DNA of 56,663 nucleotides, filler included, from Sphacelaria rigidula (Eukaryota), in the NCBI GenBank assembly GCA_964200075.2. It is 6 parts of 6 records of this genome, joined end to end, with 100 filler letters (N's around TTAATTAATTAA, not from the genome) between each part and the next. Parts side by side here need not be neighbours in the genome. Positions count along the whole stretch, not along the records: positions 1 to 9,362 come from CAXNAA020008675.1; positions 9,463 to 18,823 come from CAXNAA020008676.1; 4 more parts are not named here. One strand, written 5' to 3'. Of this stretch, positions 1 through 12,600 are shown in pieces. The notes under the pieces are model-generated. The model worked only from the letters and a program-made list of their open reading frames with translations, searched no databases and was not told the DNA's origin. A program made the position numbers and the translations under genes. Each line of letters begins with the position of its first letter. Position 1 is the first letter of the stretch.

Positions 1-493
1 GCGAAGCGTAGCCTGACCCCCTGGGGGACTAACCCTACGACATGTAAATCCCTAGCAGTTCGTACATGAGCCCTGACCCAGGTCATGCTAGCATAATAGG
101 AAGCCTCATGCACCGGGTGCATCGTCGAGGGAAGTTGTAGGCCTGCCATGGCCAGTTGAGACCAGGTATCATTCATGTAATTAATTCACTCATATTTGCC
201 CACTCACACATAACACACACATACTGAAACCACCACTGAATCAAAACTAACACACCACTGAATCAAGTGGGGCGGGAAATCGTCCATACAAAACCATACG
301 TCATGATCCCATATCTTCGGCACGCGAGAAGGCGTGTGCCCCCAGTAGATTTGTACTGCAAGCACTAGATCGGGTATACCTCAAATAAAATAACTAGCCT
401 CTTATTCGTCCTTCCCCTGTATGTCATGATCCAATCTTGATATCCATTTCCCTCGTATCCAGGTAGATCCTGGAGCGTACGTATAATCGATTA
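1..493. repeat. Long direct repeat, copy 1 (truncated by contig start)
   Basis: Near-identical to 3207-3699 (offset 3206, only a few substitutions); similarity ends at ...aatcgatta. Confidence 0.95.
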
Positions 494-2721
494 GCCTCCC
501 TGCTTACGGCTCTAGGACTTATAGTTTATCCTGAATACATAGTGCCTCATTCTAAAAACGGGAAAAGTATTTCATATTCTTTCGGACATGAATCCAACAC
601 TATATTATCAAGAACTGAAAAAGAAAACCCGATCCCGTCAGGAAAAAACCTCTCCAGCCACGCACAGACGTCGCAAACTCGTCTACTTTAGCAATCGAAA
701 GCTCAAATCCTGAATATAATCAGTTCTTCGTAACCTATCTATGCTCCATTTCAACAATTGTCTGCGTCAGTCAGCACAACAAAACAAATAGATATATGTG
801 TATCAATCTCAATCATTACCAGTTCCCAAATCTTCCTTGGAACAACCAAAACTCACACATGAATGCACAGTGGACACCCTTTTCATACTCCTCAGTTACC
901 ATGGTGACATTCGAGAAACACACTCAACCTTCCAATCCTCGAATATGTCAAAAACGCACTATTCTCATGGTAAGAAGATGCTGTTGTCTATGTGAAATTC
1001 GATTCAACATACCGTCTACAACACGGTCCACATTAGGCAAGTGTCTACAGTCAACATGTCCAGTGACCGAGATATCATTCCACTGAACAATAAAATGACT
1101 CCTCGAAATAGTATGCAAAATATACACCGCAAAATGAAAATTTGCTGTAGTGGTGGGTGTACCACTTCCCCTCGAGTTCGAGAACAAAATTCAAATTCAA
1201 ATTCAAATCGAATCAAATACTGTTAATCAATAATTTTGATTTACCGGGGGGGAAAGCATGGAAATTTCAAACAGTACATGCTTGCTCAATGTGTTTCCTC
1301 TACATGCTTGGGGAACCATGTAAGCTCTACAAACAGTATAATGCTTACCAAACTATACCCATGAATCCAACATTGATCACGCCAGGGGGTAGGGAAGCAT
1401 GATCAATAAACAATATGTAGAAACAAAGAACAAAAGTCATGTCATCGGTCCGCATTTTCCCACAGTATAGCAAACTGAACGTAGCAAACCGTAATGCAGC
1501 ATGGTATGCAACCGAATCACCTGGAGTACAGGACACGGATGGCAGTTGAATATAAGATATTGCTACGTGAAATCATTCATAACACTTCGCAATTCCGTTT
1601 CTGCTTGCAGTCGGCGCGCTCAACGTGCTTGATCAGCGTCCAATGTCCGACAACACAAAAACAACCGCATCTCATTTCACCAACCAATGTGATCTTGCCC
1701 CCCCGTACTTTACATTACGGTCAGTTGAAGTCCTGGCTGTCAATCCATGCAGTTTGGAACACAAGTCGTCGTCCATACAAGGCAACATGTTGAGTGCTTC
1801 ACTGAACAGTTCTACAGATCGTGCACAGTACAATGCAGTCCAACAGGGTAGAATGGTCGAGTGCCATACCCTACAGATGTATTACGATACAGTGCAGACG
1901 CGAGAATCAACACATGTACTTGCGCGACGTGTTCCGCACTTTCATGACGGTAGATAACACCCCCTACAGTGAAGGGGATCATATCGTTCTGCAGTGGAGA
2001 AGGGAAAAAACAAAAGTCTCAAACAGATGAGAATCAAAGTAGGGCACACATTAAACACTCCAAAACCACACTTGCGCTTCGTCTCATTACAGAGCGATCA
2101 GGACGTGGTGCTGAATGGAAAAGCAAACCAACACGAGTCGAAGAATTTTTGAAAACCAGGTTCTCGATCCAAACAAAAATGATGATTCATGAAATCGAAA
2201 CATCACACCGGCTACTGTATCAACTACCCAACTACGGTAGATGACGGAATATAACACGCCTTCACGACGAAATATGAAATACATCCATACCTTCGGGGCA
2301 TACATGAATGAAAGATACTGCATGGATGGGCAGGGCATAACAGTGATCGAAAAAACAGGGGATAAAAGGGAAGGGGAAGGGCAATGTATCGCAAACAAAA
2401 AACAATTCGACTGTAAGCCTGCAAAATGAATCTTTGACATGTTACGCGTGACCAGACATCAGTTTAGTGTGGCGTTGTATAACACCCCCAGTTAAACAGA
2501 AGAACAAGGGCATATGTCACTCTAGAAGGAAAGAAAATACGCAAACCAACTCGCAAACTAGAATATAATGACTATTTACCGATAACAAAATATTGTTGAA
2601 GTCATCCTACTCTTCGACCCTGGTGGTTCTATCAAGGTTCGATGCTCAATCGAAGGGAAAAAAATTAAAAGGGAAAACGTGCCTTTTTGAGCACTGCGGT
2701 TCGTGTTGAAGTAGAATCTGG

Positions 2722-3038
2722 GAAGCTGATGACGTTATCGTCCTGGACGTGGCTTATTCATTGGCGTTCGGATGCTAGATTTGGTGACCCGCGTGTCGAG
2801 GGATATTACCGTTGCCGATCTTCGGTACCTTACTGCTCCGGTTAGCTCAAAAATACAAAATACAGATGAATACATGCCTTCGGGGCTCCTCCGCCCATCT
2901 GAGATAATAGCTGAGGAGCTGAGATTTTATTGTCCTTGATGTAGCTGCTCACTGGCGTTTGGATGCTAGTGTTAGTGACGCGCGTGTCGGGGGGTGTTTT
3001 CGCTGCCGATCTTGAGTACCGTACTGTCCAGTTAGCTC
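2722..3038. repeat. Diverged duplication of about 125 bp (2722-2848 / 2916-3038)
   Basis: Shared tggcgtt.ggatgctag...gcgtgtcg...gccgatctt...gttagctc. Confidence 0.8.
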
Positions 3039-3206
3039 TTGTGGTGCTGCGATGCTGTCCGTTGATGTTGTGTTCCTTCTTGTTGTCTGCAGCGTATGCG
3101 CGTTTCGATGCCTCGCTGAAAAACCCGTTCTAACTCTCCTTTTGAATACCGTAGAAATATTTTATATCATGTTTGACGTTTTTAAGAAAACCTTGAGGTC
3201 GCCTGA

Positions 3207-3699
3207 GCGAAGCGTAGCCTGACCCCCTGGGGGACTAACCCTACGACATGTAAATCCCTAGCAGTTCGTACATGAGCCCTGACCCAGGTCATGCTAGCAT
3301 AATAGGAAGCCTCATGCACCGGGTGCATCGTCGCGGGAAGTTGTAGGCCTGCCATGGCCAGTTGAGACCAGGTATCATTCATGTAATTAATTCACTCATA
3401 TTTGCCCACTCACACATAACACACACATACTGAAATCACCACTGAATCAAAATCAACACACCACTGAATCAAGTGGGGCGGGAAATCGTTCCTACAAAAC
3501 CATACGTCATGATCCCATATCTTCGGCACGCGAGAAGGCGTGTGCCCCCAGTAGATTTGTACTGCAAGCACTAGATAGGGTATACCTCAAATAAAATAAC
3601 TAGCCTCTTATTCGTCCTTCCCCTGTATGTCATGATCCAATCTTGATATCCATTTCCCTCGTATCCAGGTAGATCCTGGAGCGTACGTAAAATCGATTA
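3207..3699. repeat. Long direct repeat, copy 2
   Basis: Matches 1-493; its right end abuts the remnant of the copia 3' LTR. Confidence 0.95.
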
Positions 3700-3806
3700 T
3701 GCCCCGCATAATGTCCCGCCTGTTCACAGTGAACAAGCCTCCGTATTTTAGCTTGATGCTACTGAACATTGACTCACATATGTTCTGCAACATAAAATTC
3801 TTGACA
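3700..3806 (-). repeat. Copia 3' LTR, U3 end only (interrupted)
   Basis: Begins TGTCAAGAAT right after the PPT; the expected far end (+ strand tgttgaggaatatgg) is not found to the left. Confidence 0.7.
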
Positions 3807-3815
3807 CTCCCCCTC
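3807..3815 (-). promoter_or_regulatory. Polypurine tract (GAGGGGGAG)
   Basis: Purine run directly 5' of TG, downstream of the RNase H region. Confidence 0.8.
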
Positions 3816-4001
3816 AATGAAAGTAACACTCAGGAAAGATAAAGAAATCTGGACGGATGAATATTCTAGGCCTACTTATGCAAAAATGCTTGCATCTCTG
3901 CACATTCACTTCAATGCATTTGAATTCTCAACTCAACACTTTCTACGTTCTCATTTCTTCAAAACACAGTCGTTATCCAACCACACGCTAGAAAGTACGC
4001 A

Positions 4002-5732
4002 TCAGACCAGCTCCCTTGTTCGCGTCCTAATTTTAAGTCCTAAAGGTCTTGATTTCGTGCAGCAGATGCAGGTGACGTTGTTTGCCCACGTATTTCGTCC
4101 CAATGTCGTCGATGTTTTTCTTGGTGTCCACGTGATGAAGGGTGATCCTCCGCTTCTTAATAAGTTCTCGAATAAAGAAGTAGCGTAATTCCACATACTT
4201 GGTCCTTCCACTGTAGGTGCTGTTACCAGCACGTGAAGTGTTGAGGTGTTGTCGATGCGAACCGGAACACTGTGAAATGCCTCGCCGAATCCCAGCTCCA
4301 TCATCATGTCGGAACAGAACACAGTCTCCTTCATTGCTAGCGCTGCCGCCACAAGCTCAACTTCCGTTGTCGACTGAGCAGTTAGACCCTATATTCCGAC
4401 TTTGAAACTCACCGGAGCGTTCGAGAGCATGGCGATATACGAGGACATCGATTTCCCGTCATCCGGGTTGTTCCCCCAGTCCTCCCTTCTTGTATGTGAT
4501 ATCGAAACTAGCACTCCCCGCAAGGTAACGTAGAAGATGTTTCGCAGCACCCATGTGTGCTTTCGATGGTCTTGATATCGCTCTCGCAAGCTGGTTGACA
4601 GCAAACCGGATATCATACCAGGTCACTTGTGCTAGATACAATAACGAGCCGGCGATCGCCTGGTATCGCTGTGTTGCCGCCGGGTTCAGAAGTTGCTCTT
4701 CCGGTTGATTCAATGACAGCTCTGCTCCCGTTCCTGGCGTGCTCAGCGGATTGCAGTCCCCCATGCCGTACTTCTCGAGGACCGATTTGGTGTAGTTTTC
4801 CTGGCTGAGAGTGAGCGTCCCATTCTTCCGGTCTCGGGTAACTCTCATTCCGTGTACAAGTGACACGTCTCCCATGTCCGTCATTTTGAAACGAACCATG
4901 AGCTTTTCCTTGAGCATCTGTAGCACTGCCACGTCCCCTCCAACAAGGAGCACATCGTCCACGTAGAGGGTGAGAAGCGCGACAACATTCCTCTCTCCGA
5001 GAGCGGTGCTGACGGTATCGCCCTGGAGGTATCGGCTTTGATGTCGTCGTTGTCGTCGTTGTCAGTGAAGATGTAGATGCAGGGATCTGAAGCGAGAGAG
5101 GTGAAACCGATTTCCCCCAGAAATTTGTCCATCGTGTTCCACCAATTCAGTGGCGACTGGCGAAGGCCATATAACGATTTCCGGAGCTTCGTCACGAGAG
5201 GAACTCTCGTCACGGGATCGTTCTGCTCATAGCCCGGGGCCATCTTGGCGTAAAGTTCCTCTTCAACGGGCATGTTCAGAAACGCCGTCTGCACGTTCAG
5301 CTGGTAGCTTTCCCAGTCCATCTCCGCGGCCGCTGCAAGCACCATACGGAGGCTCTGTAGCCTACAGACGGGAGCGAAGGTGCCGCCGCAGTCGATGCCC
5401 GCTACTTGTTCCCATCCTTGGACGACCAGTCTTCCCTTGTATGTGTTGTCGGCTTTCACCTTGTACACCCACCGGGATCGGATCGCTTTCATCCCTGCAG
5501 GAATCGCCGTGAAGGGTACAAGCGTGAAGACATTATTGGAACGGAGACTTTCTATTTTTTTGTCTGATGCTGCCTTCCACTGCTTCGCCTCTGGCAGTCG
5601 CATTGCCTCTTGAAAGATGTTCGGCACTATGACCACGTTCTCCCCCTCCGCACAACTTCGAATTTGGGTGTTTGTGGCAGAGTACGCATACTCCAGAAAG
5701 GAAAGTCCATCCTCGTGAGCGATGTCTCGCAT
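4002..5732 (-). pseudogene. pol: Copia reverse transcriptase and RNase H, frameshifted
   Basis: SRWVYKVK, YKGRLVVQGW, LRKSLYGLRQSP, LYVDDVLL, YQAIAGSLLYL, WG(N)NPDDGKSMS motifs split over several ORFs (4881-5732, 4459-4962, 4002-4352). Confidence 0.93.
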
Positions 5733-5821
5733 ATTTGCCCTGGCGTAGAAATTGGCCAGAGTCCCCAGGCGCTTTAGCTCGCGGGCTTGAGCGTTTCTCG
5801 TGCTTGCGCCGGAAATGACGT

Positions 5822-7077
5822 CTATCGGGGCTTGTGGGTTAGCCCACGTGCTGACACGCGAAGAATCGCTGTAGGTGACGGTGTCGTAGCTGGAGGTAAA
5901 CCTTCAGTGACTCCCCCTCCTGGGGAGACTCCAGTAGGGACCTCTCCCGATGAAGATCCGATAACGTCGTTGACGCGGTCCGTCACGTCGCGCAGGTTTC
6001 CAAACAGTTTGATCATACGTTCGTGGTTGTTGGACGAGGATTCAGTAGACATGGTCATGGGGTCGTTGAAAAGGCTGATGCCAAGATTGCGAATGTCCCT
6101 CGCGAAATCATCGTCGGTTTCGTACTTGTTGCAAGAAGTATGATTCCATGGAAGGACATGAGGCGGGGTCTCAATGAAGACTACGTTTCGGCTTTCCACC
6201 ACACGCTTGGTGGCAGGGTTATATATCGGGTAGGACTTGCTGTTTAGGCTATAATCGCACAGTGATCCCTCCCAAGCCTTGTCCGCCATTTTCTTCGTAT
6301 GTATCTCGACATGTACAAAGGCCCGTGAGCCAATGACACGGAGATGAGAGAGATTCGCGTCATTACCGTATAACTTCTTGTATGGTGTCACGATGTCGAG
6401 CGCCGAATGAGGTACACGGGTGAGGAGACATGCCGCAGTGAACATCAATTCGCCCCATAAGAACGGTGGCAGTCCACTGTCCTTGAGCAGACAACGTGTC
6501 ATAGCTGCGAGGATGCCGCCGTCGCGCTCGGAAATCCCAACCTGCTACGGAGTATTCGTAGAGGCGTATTCATGACGAATACCAGTGCTGAGGCAGTAGT
6601 CCTCGAACTCTTGTCCCTTGTGCTCGCCGCCTTTATCTGTACGAAGACGTTGAACTCGTAGCCCCATCGGTATCACCACCGACTTAACAAAGGTCTGGAT
6701 CGTGCTGAGGGCGTCTCTTAGTTTTGGCCAGATAAACTACTCGATACTTGGTATGCTGATCGGTGATTTTAGACACGTAGCTGTAGCTGCAGCAGGTGTA
6801 GTTGGCCCCATGAAGTCGCCGGAGACGAGCTGGAGGGGAGTGTTCACCTTATAGTCCGCAGTTCTCGGGTGTGGTTGTTGTTTTTGCTTTTGCGTAGGGC
6901 GCATACGTCACAGGGTGGTAGCGTTCCATCGAAGCTGATACCAGAGCCTTCCACCTTCGGAAGTACGTTCAGGCTCTTGATGCCGACGCGACCAAGTCCA
7001 CGGTGCCAGAGGTTTGCTCCGGTGCTGACGTGCATAGCCACTCCAGGTTGCTGCTCCGCGTGGCTGCTCAGCTTCAT
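5822..7077 (-). pseudogene. Copia gag-pre-integrase and integrase, disrupted
   Basis: LWHRGLG..CDVC zinc-binding segment; MTRCLLKDSGLPPFLWGE; GSRAFVH..K..KAWEG and SRNVVFIE motifs. Confidence 0.9.
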
Positions 7078-8651
7078 GCGGAACGTGAGAGGTCTTGGTC
7101 ATGGATTGATTGTTCCAGGGGAAGCACGAACAATGAAGTTTCCAGTCGGGGATGATGTTGATCGAAGATGGCAATGATGCCTTGCTTGGTCGCCACTTTC
7201 ACGGAGAACAGATGACGCCCGAGTCCGGGGACGACGAAGCAAGAGAGGGCGACATGGTGCGCCTTCTCTTCTCTGTCGGTCACTGTACCATGAACTGTGG
7301 CAGTTTCAACCGCTTCGACTACATTATGTCCCCCTCTTACGATTTTGAACGGCCGTTCGAGGGCCGTGTACTCACTCGCCCGAGCTAAAGCACCCGACTC
7401 GAGATTGGTGTCCAAGTAGTGATTGGTCGCGCCGCTATCCACCAGCCAGGTTACGGAGTTGGTGTCGTTGGCTGTCCGAGCCGTTGGCACCGCCGCCATG
7501 AAAGCTGCTCCAGTACCCTCATCGAAGGCACAGAAGAGGTCAATCGTGTTTTTTCCAGCATGCTGTGGTGGGGTGGACGCACCGGAGGAAAACACTGGAG
7601 GAGCCGACTCCGTCATCACAGGTTGCAGGGATCCTCCGACTGTTCCGGACGAATTGCTGTATGCAGTCGTCGCCGCGGCAGACGGCGGGATGAACGACCC
7701 GGGGATGCTTACATTGGCGATGTTGGTGCTTCCATTCGTTGCTGCTTTATTTCGTTGTACCTTGAACTCGGCGTCGCTGTGTGTTGTTGTTCTATGATAC
7801 GAGCACCATTTTGATGCTTCTTTACCTCCGTTCTTCTTGCCTGCTTTTCGACGTCTCTGTGTCGGGTTACTCGGTCGTGTCCGACTTCGCTTGTTGTTCG
7901 GGTATTCACGTTGATAGTGCCCAAACCCCTTGCGAATGTGACAATGTATATCAGATGTCGTAGCCTGCATGGCCGCTCCAGGTCCGGCCACGGTTGGTGC
8001 AGTTGACGTACCAAAACTCCGATCATTGTACGCACTGCACATTGCGGTGCAAATGTTGCCGAGGCCGAAGTCGCGCTCGGTGTAGCATTTCGTGCGCACG
8101 AAGTCATACTCGGGGGTTAGCGCCTTGAGGATAATGTCCTCGTAGCGATCGTCGTGCATTTTATCCCCGAGACCCTCCAGACGCAGTCGAATTTCGTCCA
8201 TGTCTTGGAAGAAATTTTCGGGGTCTTCGCCCGGTTTCATCGTGCTGCTAACCAGCTGAGCGTGAACTGCCCACCTAGCCGCTTTGGTGTTGCCGTCGAA
8301 CTTCTCAACCAAGGCCTTCCACGCACCTCGCCCATCGCCGACCCGAAGGTCATCGAGATCTTCATCCTCTGTGTACAAGAACCGCCGGATGGTCGCAGCT
8401 GCAGGCCCGGTCGTTGAAAGGAACAACAGCGAAAAGAGGTCGCTGTTCTTTCGGTTCCATGCGCGCCCTGCTAGTTCGTCGGTAGGCCTTCGTTGACCGT
8501 TGAGAACGGAGAATATCGGCTTGTCAACGATAGAGATAGCTACTCGCAGCTGATCTTTCCATGCAATGAAGGTGTTCTTATCGTTCGAAAATGTCGGTAC
8601 CCGTTTGAATACGGCCGCTATGCGGTCGGAACCGGTGGCGGTGTAACTCAT
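7074..8651 (-). pseudogene. gag: Copia gag-protease (open reading frame of a defective element)
   Basis: About 525-aa frame from ATG 8651 with AWKALVEKF, IILKALTPEY, a decayed zinc knuckle (CHIRKGFGHYQREY) and protease LVDSGATNH. Confidence 0.9.
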
Positions 8652-8665
8652 CGTACAGAGAGCAA

Positions 8666-9063
8666 ATGAACCGCGCAACGCTGTACGCTTCGAGGCTTAT
8701 CAATGCTCGACGCGCAAGTGCGATTTCCCAGACTGTGCTGCCTTCCTGCGCGCACAGGTTTTCACTGTAGCTTGTACAGACTGCAGCTGGTGCAGGTTTC
8801 GTCGTCAGGGATGATGAAGTACGCAACGCTGTACACTTCGAGGCTTATCAACGCTCGACGCGCAAGTGCGCTTTCTCAGACTGTGCCGCCTTACTGCGCG
8901 CACAGGTTTCCACTGTAGCTTGTACAGGCTGCAACTGGTGCAGGTTTTGTCTGCAGGGATGATGAACTGCGCAAGGCTGTATGCTTCGAGGCATATCAGT
9001 GCTCGACGCGCAAGTGCAATTTCCTAGACCGTGCCACCTTCCTGCGCGCACAGGTTTAAACTG
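8666..9063. repeat. 148-bp tandem repeat (about 2.7 copies) in copia 5' UTR
   Basis: cgcaa(c/g)gctgta unit starts at 8674, 8822 and 8970. Confidence 0.9.
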
Positions 9064-9255
9064 CGGCTCGTAGAGCTTGCCGCCTTGACTCTAGATACGT
9101 GGAGTAAAATCCGCGATCATCTCAACTCACTTGTAGTGTCTGTGTTGTCCCAGTTATTCAGCTCCTCTGTGGAACTCTGTAGAACTGGGCGAAGACGTCT
9201 CTCCGGCAAGCCCTTTTTTAGAAGCTCTCGGTATTTGCACCTTGCAGACACTCTA

Positions 9256-9267
9256 GGCTCATAAACC
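9256..9267 (-). promoter_or_regulatory. Primer binding site, half-tRNA-iMet type (GGTTTATGAGCC)
   Basis: Abuts LTR ...CAACA; resembles the GGTTATGGGCCC PBS of copia/Ty5-type (Hemivirus) elements. Confidence 0.65.
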
Positions 9268-9362
9268 TGTTGAGGAATATGGTGGTCATGGAGACCGTTG
9301 TACTCCTCTTGGCAGGTGACTGCAGAGGTTGGCGCAGGCAGCTTTATGCTGACCTCATCTCA
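9268..9362 (-). repeat. Copia 5' LTR, U5 end (truncated by contig end)
   Basis: Ends in CA immediately before the PBS. Confidence 0.7.
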
Positions 9363-9462
9363 NNNNNNNNNNNNNNNNNNNNNNNNNNNNNNNNNNNNNN
9401 NNNNNNTTAATTAATTAANNNNNNNNNNNNNNNNNNNNNNNNNNNNNNNNNNNNNNNNNNNN
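9363..9462. other. Artificial contig linker (N44-TTAATTAATTAA-N44)
   Basis: 100-bp spacer with a six-frame stop cassette; identical spacers recur every 9460-9461 bp. Confidence 0.97.
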
Positions 9463-9699
9463 CCGTCCTTGAACTTTACACGGTGAAAATGACCTCCCGG
9501 GAGGAAAGTAACCAGTACAGCAGCGGGGCACGAAGATAGAAGATACGATCGTGGGACTCCTCGATGGTTTACCATGAAGACGGCCTGGCACAAACGTGTG
9601 GTACTTGTGTCAGAGGTGTTGAACTTGGCTTCAGCTTACGAGCCCGTGTTGGAGGCATTATTTAGTGTCGGCGAGCCAGCAAAAGAACTGAAAAGAGCC

Positions 9700-12600
9700 A
9701 GACCCCAAACGAGTACTAGGATTGGGATATCCTAGTACGTTGAAGATATCCCACCAATACAATTCCAAAGAACAAGCCGGAGATTCTCTCGAAGGAGATC
9801 GAGAGAGTGACGGTAAGGAAGGGCGAATGGAGGAGTAAAATTCACATCTTCGGCCGTTAAATGTAAAGGAAGTGATTGCTCCGAGTTTTTGATAAGCACG
9901 TACTGGCACTGGCTAAACTCCACGGAAGGTGCTTGGGCTCTTCAGGTCCATCCATTGGGTTGTAGCATCGTTTGCACCTAGCTACTGCCACCCTTGAACT
10001 CACGCCTCCGCCCATCTCGTGTGCCTTAGCATCTAACAGTAGTACCGTTTCTCCAACTTATTTACCCTCATCTGTTGACCCAAGACCCACGAACATAATC
10101 TTATACGGTACTGTGCAACAATGAGCCCCTTCCGTCGACAGGGTAGACGACGTTTTCCCGCTTCTGACACGGGCACCGCCGTATGGCCTCCTCCAGAGAG
10201 CCTTCCTCTCTCATCGCAGACAAACGCCTGCTCTCCTGCTTTCCATTTGGGCCTGCGGTTGGCGATTTCGTTAGGCTGTCATTGGCTATCTCGTGTTTGG
10301 AATAGTACGGTCCCGACAAACGCCTGCTCTCCTGCTTTCCATTTGGGCCTACGGTTGGCGATTTCGTTAGGCTGTCATTGGCTATCTCGTGTTTGGAATA
10401 GTACGGTCCCCCTGTCGTACTAGCTTATAGGCTTTCACCCTTTGCTCCTTCATCAGCTGCAAATTCTGCAGTTGGTCTGCTTTCAAACCTTGATGCCTTA
10501 TCCTTCAAGATAGTCATAGACATTCGTGGATATCTGCCGATGTGAATTTTGTCCGGTGCGAGCCCGATTCCCGTGCTTACGCTGTTTCTTGGGCATCGAC
10601 TGCATGCAGCTGCTAGGTAGGATAACATTTGGCAGAGGATATGGTTTACCCTTTCCACCATGCCGTTTTGATCAGAGCTGATGCACCTTTTTACCGTTCC
10701 CATCATTCTCAATATTACTCTACTGATCGCGGAGGTGAACTCCGGACCTCGATCGAACAACAAGTTGTAACAACGTTTTCGTGAGATTGAGAGTAGAGGG
10801 TACGACTGAGAGTAAGAAGCAGTCAATTAGCGAATGAGTCGTTTCAGTTCCGGAATGCCCCTCCACGAGGCTCGATATGCTTCCTGTAGTAGCTTGTCGC
10901 TGAGACCCTTGATATCCCTGAGTAGGATATCGACGTGTAGCTTTGAGCACACGCTAGTGATTGAGGCAAAGAAAAGCACACTCGGGATTAAAAATTGGCT
11001 AGGTTAGAGGAAATAACCGAAGCCACTCTCAATCAGCGATGTATTCTTGATATCACGAAAACGTTGTTCGGTATGAGCATTCCCACCTTGGCAAATAATT
11101 GTTGACGATAACCGGTGCGCACCCTTCCGCCATTTTTTCTTTTCCAATCAGGGCATATGCTTCGGCATGCCTGCTGAGTGAATCCACAACGAGAAAATAT
11201 ATGTGTTTGCCTTGACGGTTCTGGGAAGCGGTCGTAACAGATCGATTCTCATTATTTGTCCAGGTCGGCTAACGAGGGGTAGGGATACTAGCGGCCAGCG
11301 TACAGTTTTCCGGTCTGTTTTTTACTTTGCAGGTGTAGCACCTCCTAATCCAGCGCTTGACGCTTTCATACCAATCCACGGGTACTACCGTTGTAAAAGT
11401 CGCAGCGTCACTCGATCGAATTCGAGTGAGTGAACAAAGTCTCTCCAGACTGAGATTACTCTGTCATTGACCCATCCGGCGAAGCCCATCCAGACTGAAA
11501 CTGCGCGGTCATTGAAAAAAATTGGTTGCACCCCGCTGGCACTGAACGAAGTCCACGTGCACGTCGTCAGAGTTTGAGATGATATACCTACCGTTTTGTC
11601 CTCCTCCCTGCATTCCTGGGGCAACCTCGACAACATATCCGCGTTCGAGTTGTAGCGACCTGGCCTACAGATAATCGCGAAGGTGTAGGCGCTTGAAAAG
11701 TCCAGCCACCGCTGCACGCTTGGTATTCTTCAGCCAAACATTACGTAACGGTTGGTGATCGGTATAAACCTCGAATGACACCCCGTAAAATAGTCGCCGA
11801 TTTTTCCTCACCATCCATATCACAGCGGCCATTTCCATCTCGGTGGTAGTCCAATTTCGTTTGTTGGGCAGAAGAGAGCGACTGAAACAAACAAAACCGT
11901 TGCACAACACCATCCTTCTGCCGTTGCTCCACCGTTCCACGTAACCCATCGATAGACGCATCCGTGGCCATCATGAACGGTCGGTCCCCCGAGACCGCCC
12001 CTTCGTAGTCCGGGTAAGCCAGGACGTCGGGGCTTGCGAATTTTGACGACAGTGACTGAACGCTAGAGGTGTGGTCCTCGGTGGAATTGAATTGGACCCT
12101 CTTTTTGAGCAGCTGATCAAACGAATTTGTGAAAGCCGCCTTCCGCGGTAAAACTTGCGGTAATAGCTAAGACCTCACAACAGAAAACGAAGTTGTGTCA
12201 GGTTGGTAGGTATGGGCATCCGTTTCAACGCCTCAACCTTTTCCGGGTCAGGGGCTGTTTCCTTGGCCGAAATTCGGTGCTCCAAGAACTTGGTGTCCTT
12301 TGCCCTTAGGTGCGCCTTTTTAGGTGTTCAAAGAAATGAGCTAGATTCTCCACGTGTTGCGCGCCATCATTGCTATACGTACAAATGCCATCAATGTACT
12401 AGCGGCATCGCTCCAAACGCTCACGTACCTTAACCATGATGGATTGGAACCAACCTGTGCTGCGGCCACACCCCATGGGCATGACCAGCCGCTCATACTG
12501 CCCAGACTGAGTACTGAGAGCTGTCAAAGGTATCGCGCCCGGGTGGATGGATATATTAAAGTGGCAGGACAAGTTGTTTGCAAGTCTAGAAACGTGAAGA

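Larger units (their letters stand above)
3700..9362 (-). mobile_element. Ty1/copia LTR retrotransposon, degenerate
   Basis: Minus-strand order gag-PR-IN-RT-RNaseH; PBS next to a ...CAACA LTR end at 9268; PPT next to a TGTCAAG LTR start at 3806; multiple frameshifts and stops. Confidence 0.95.

Noticed and set aside
9407-9418. TTAATTAATTAA as a regulatory or recombination site
   Set aside because: Synthetic six-frame stop linker embedded in Ns.
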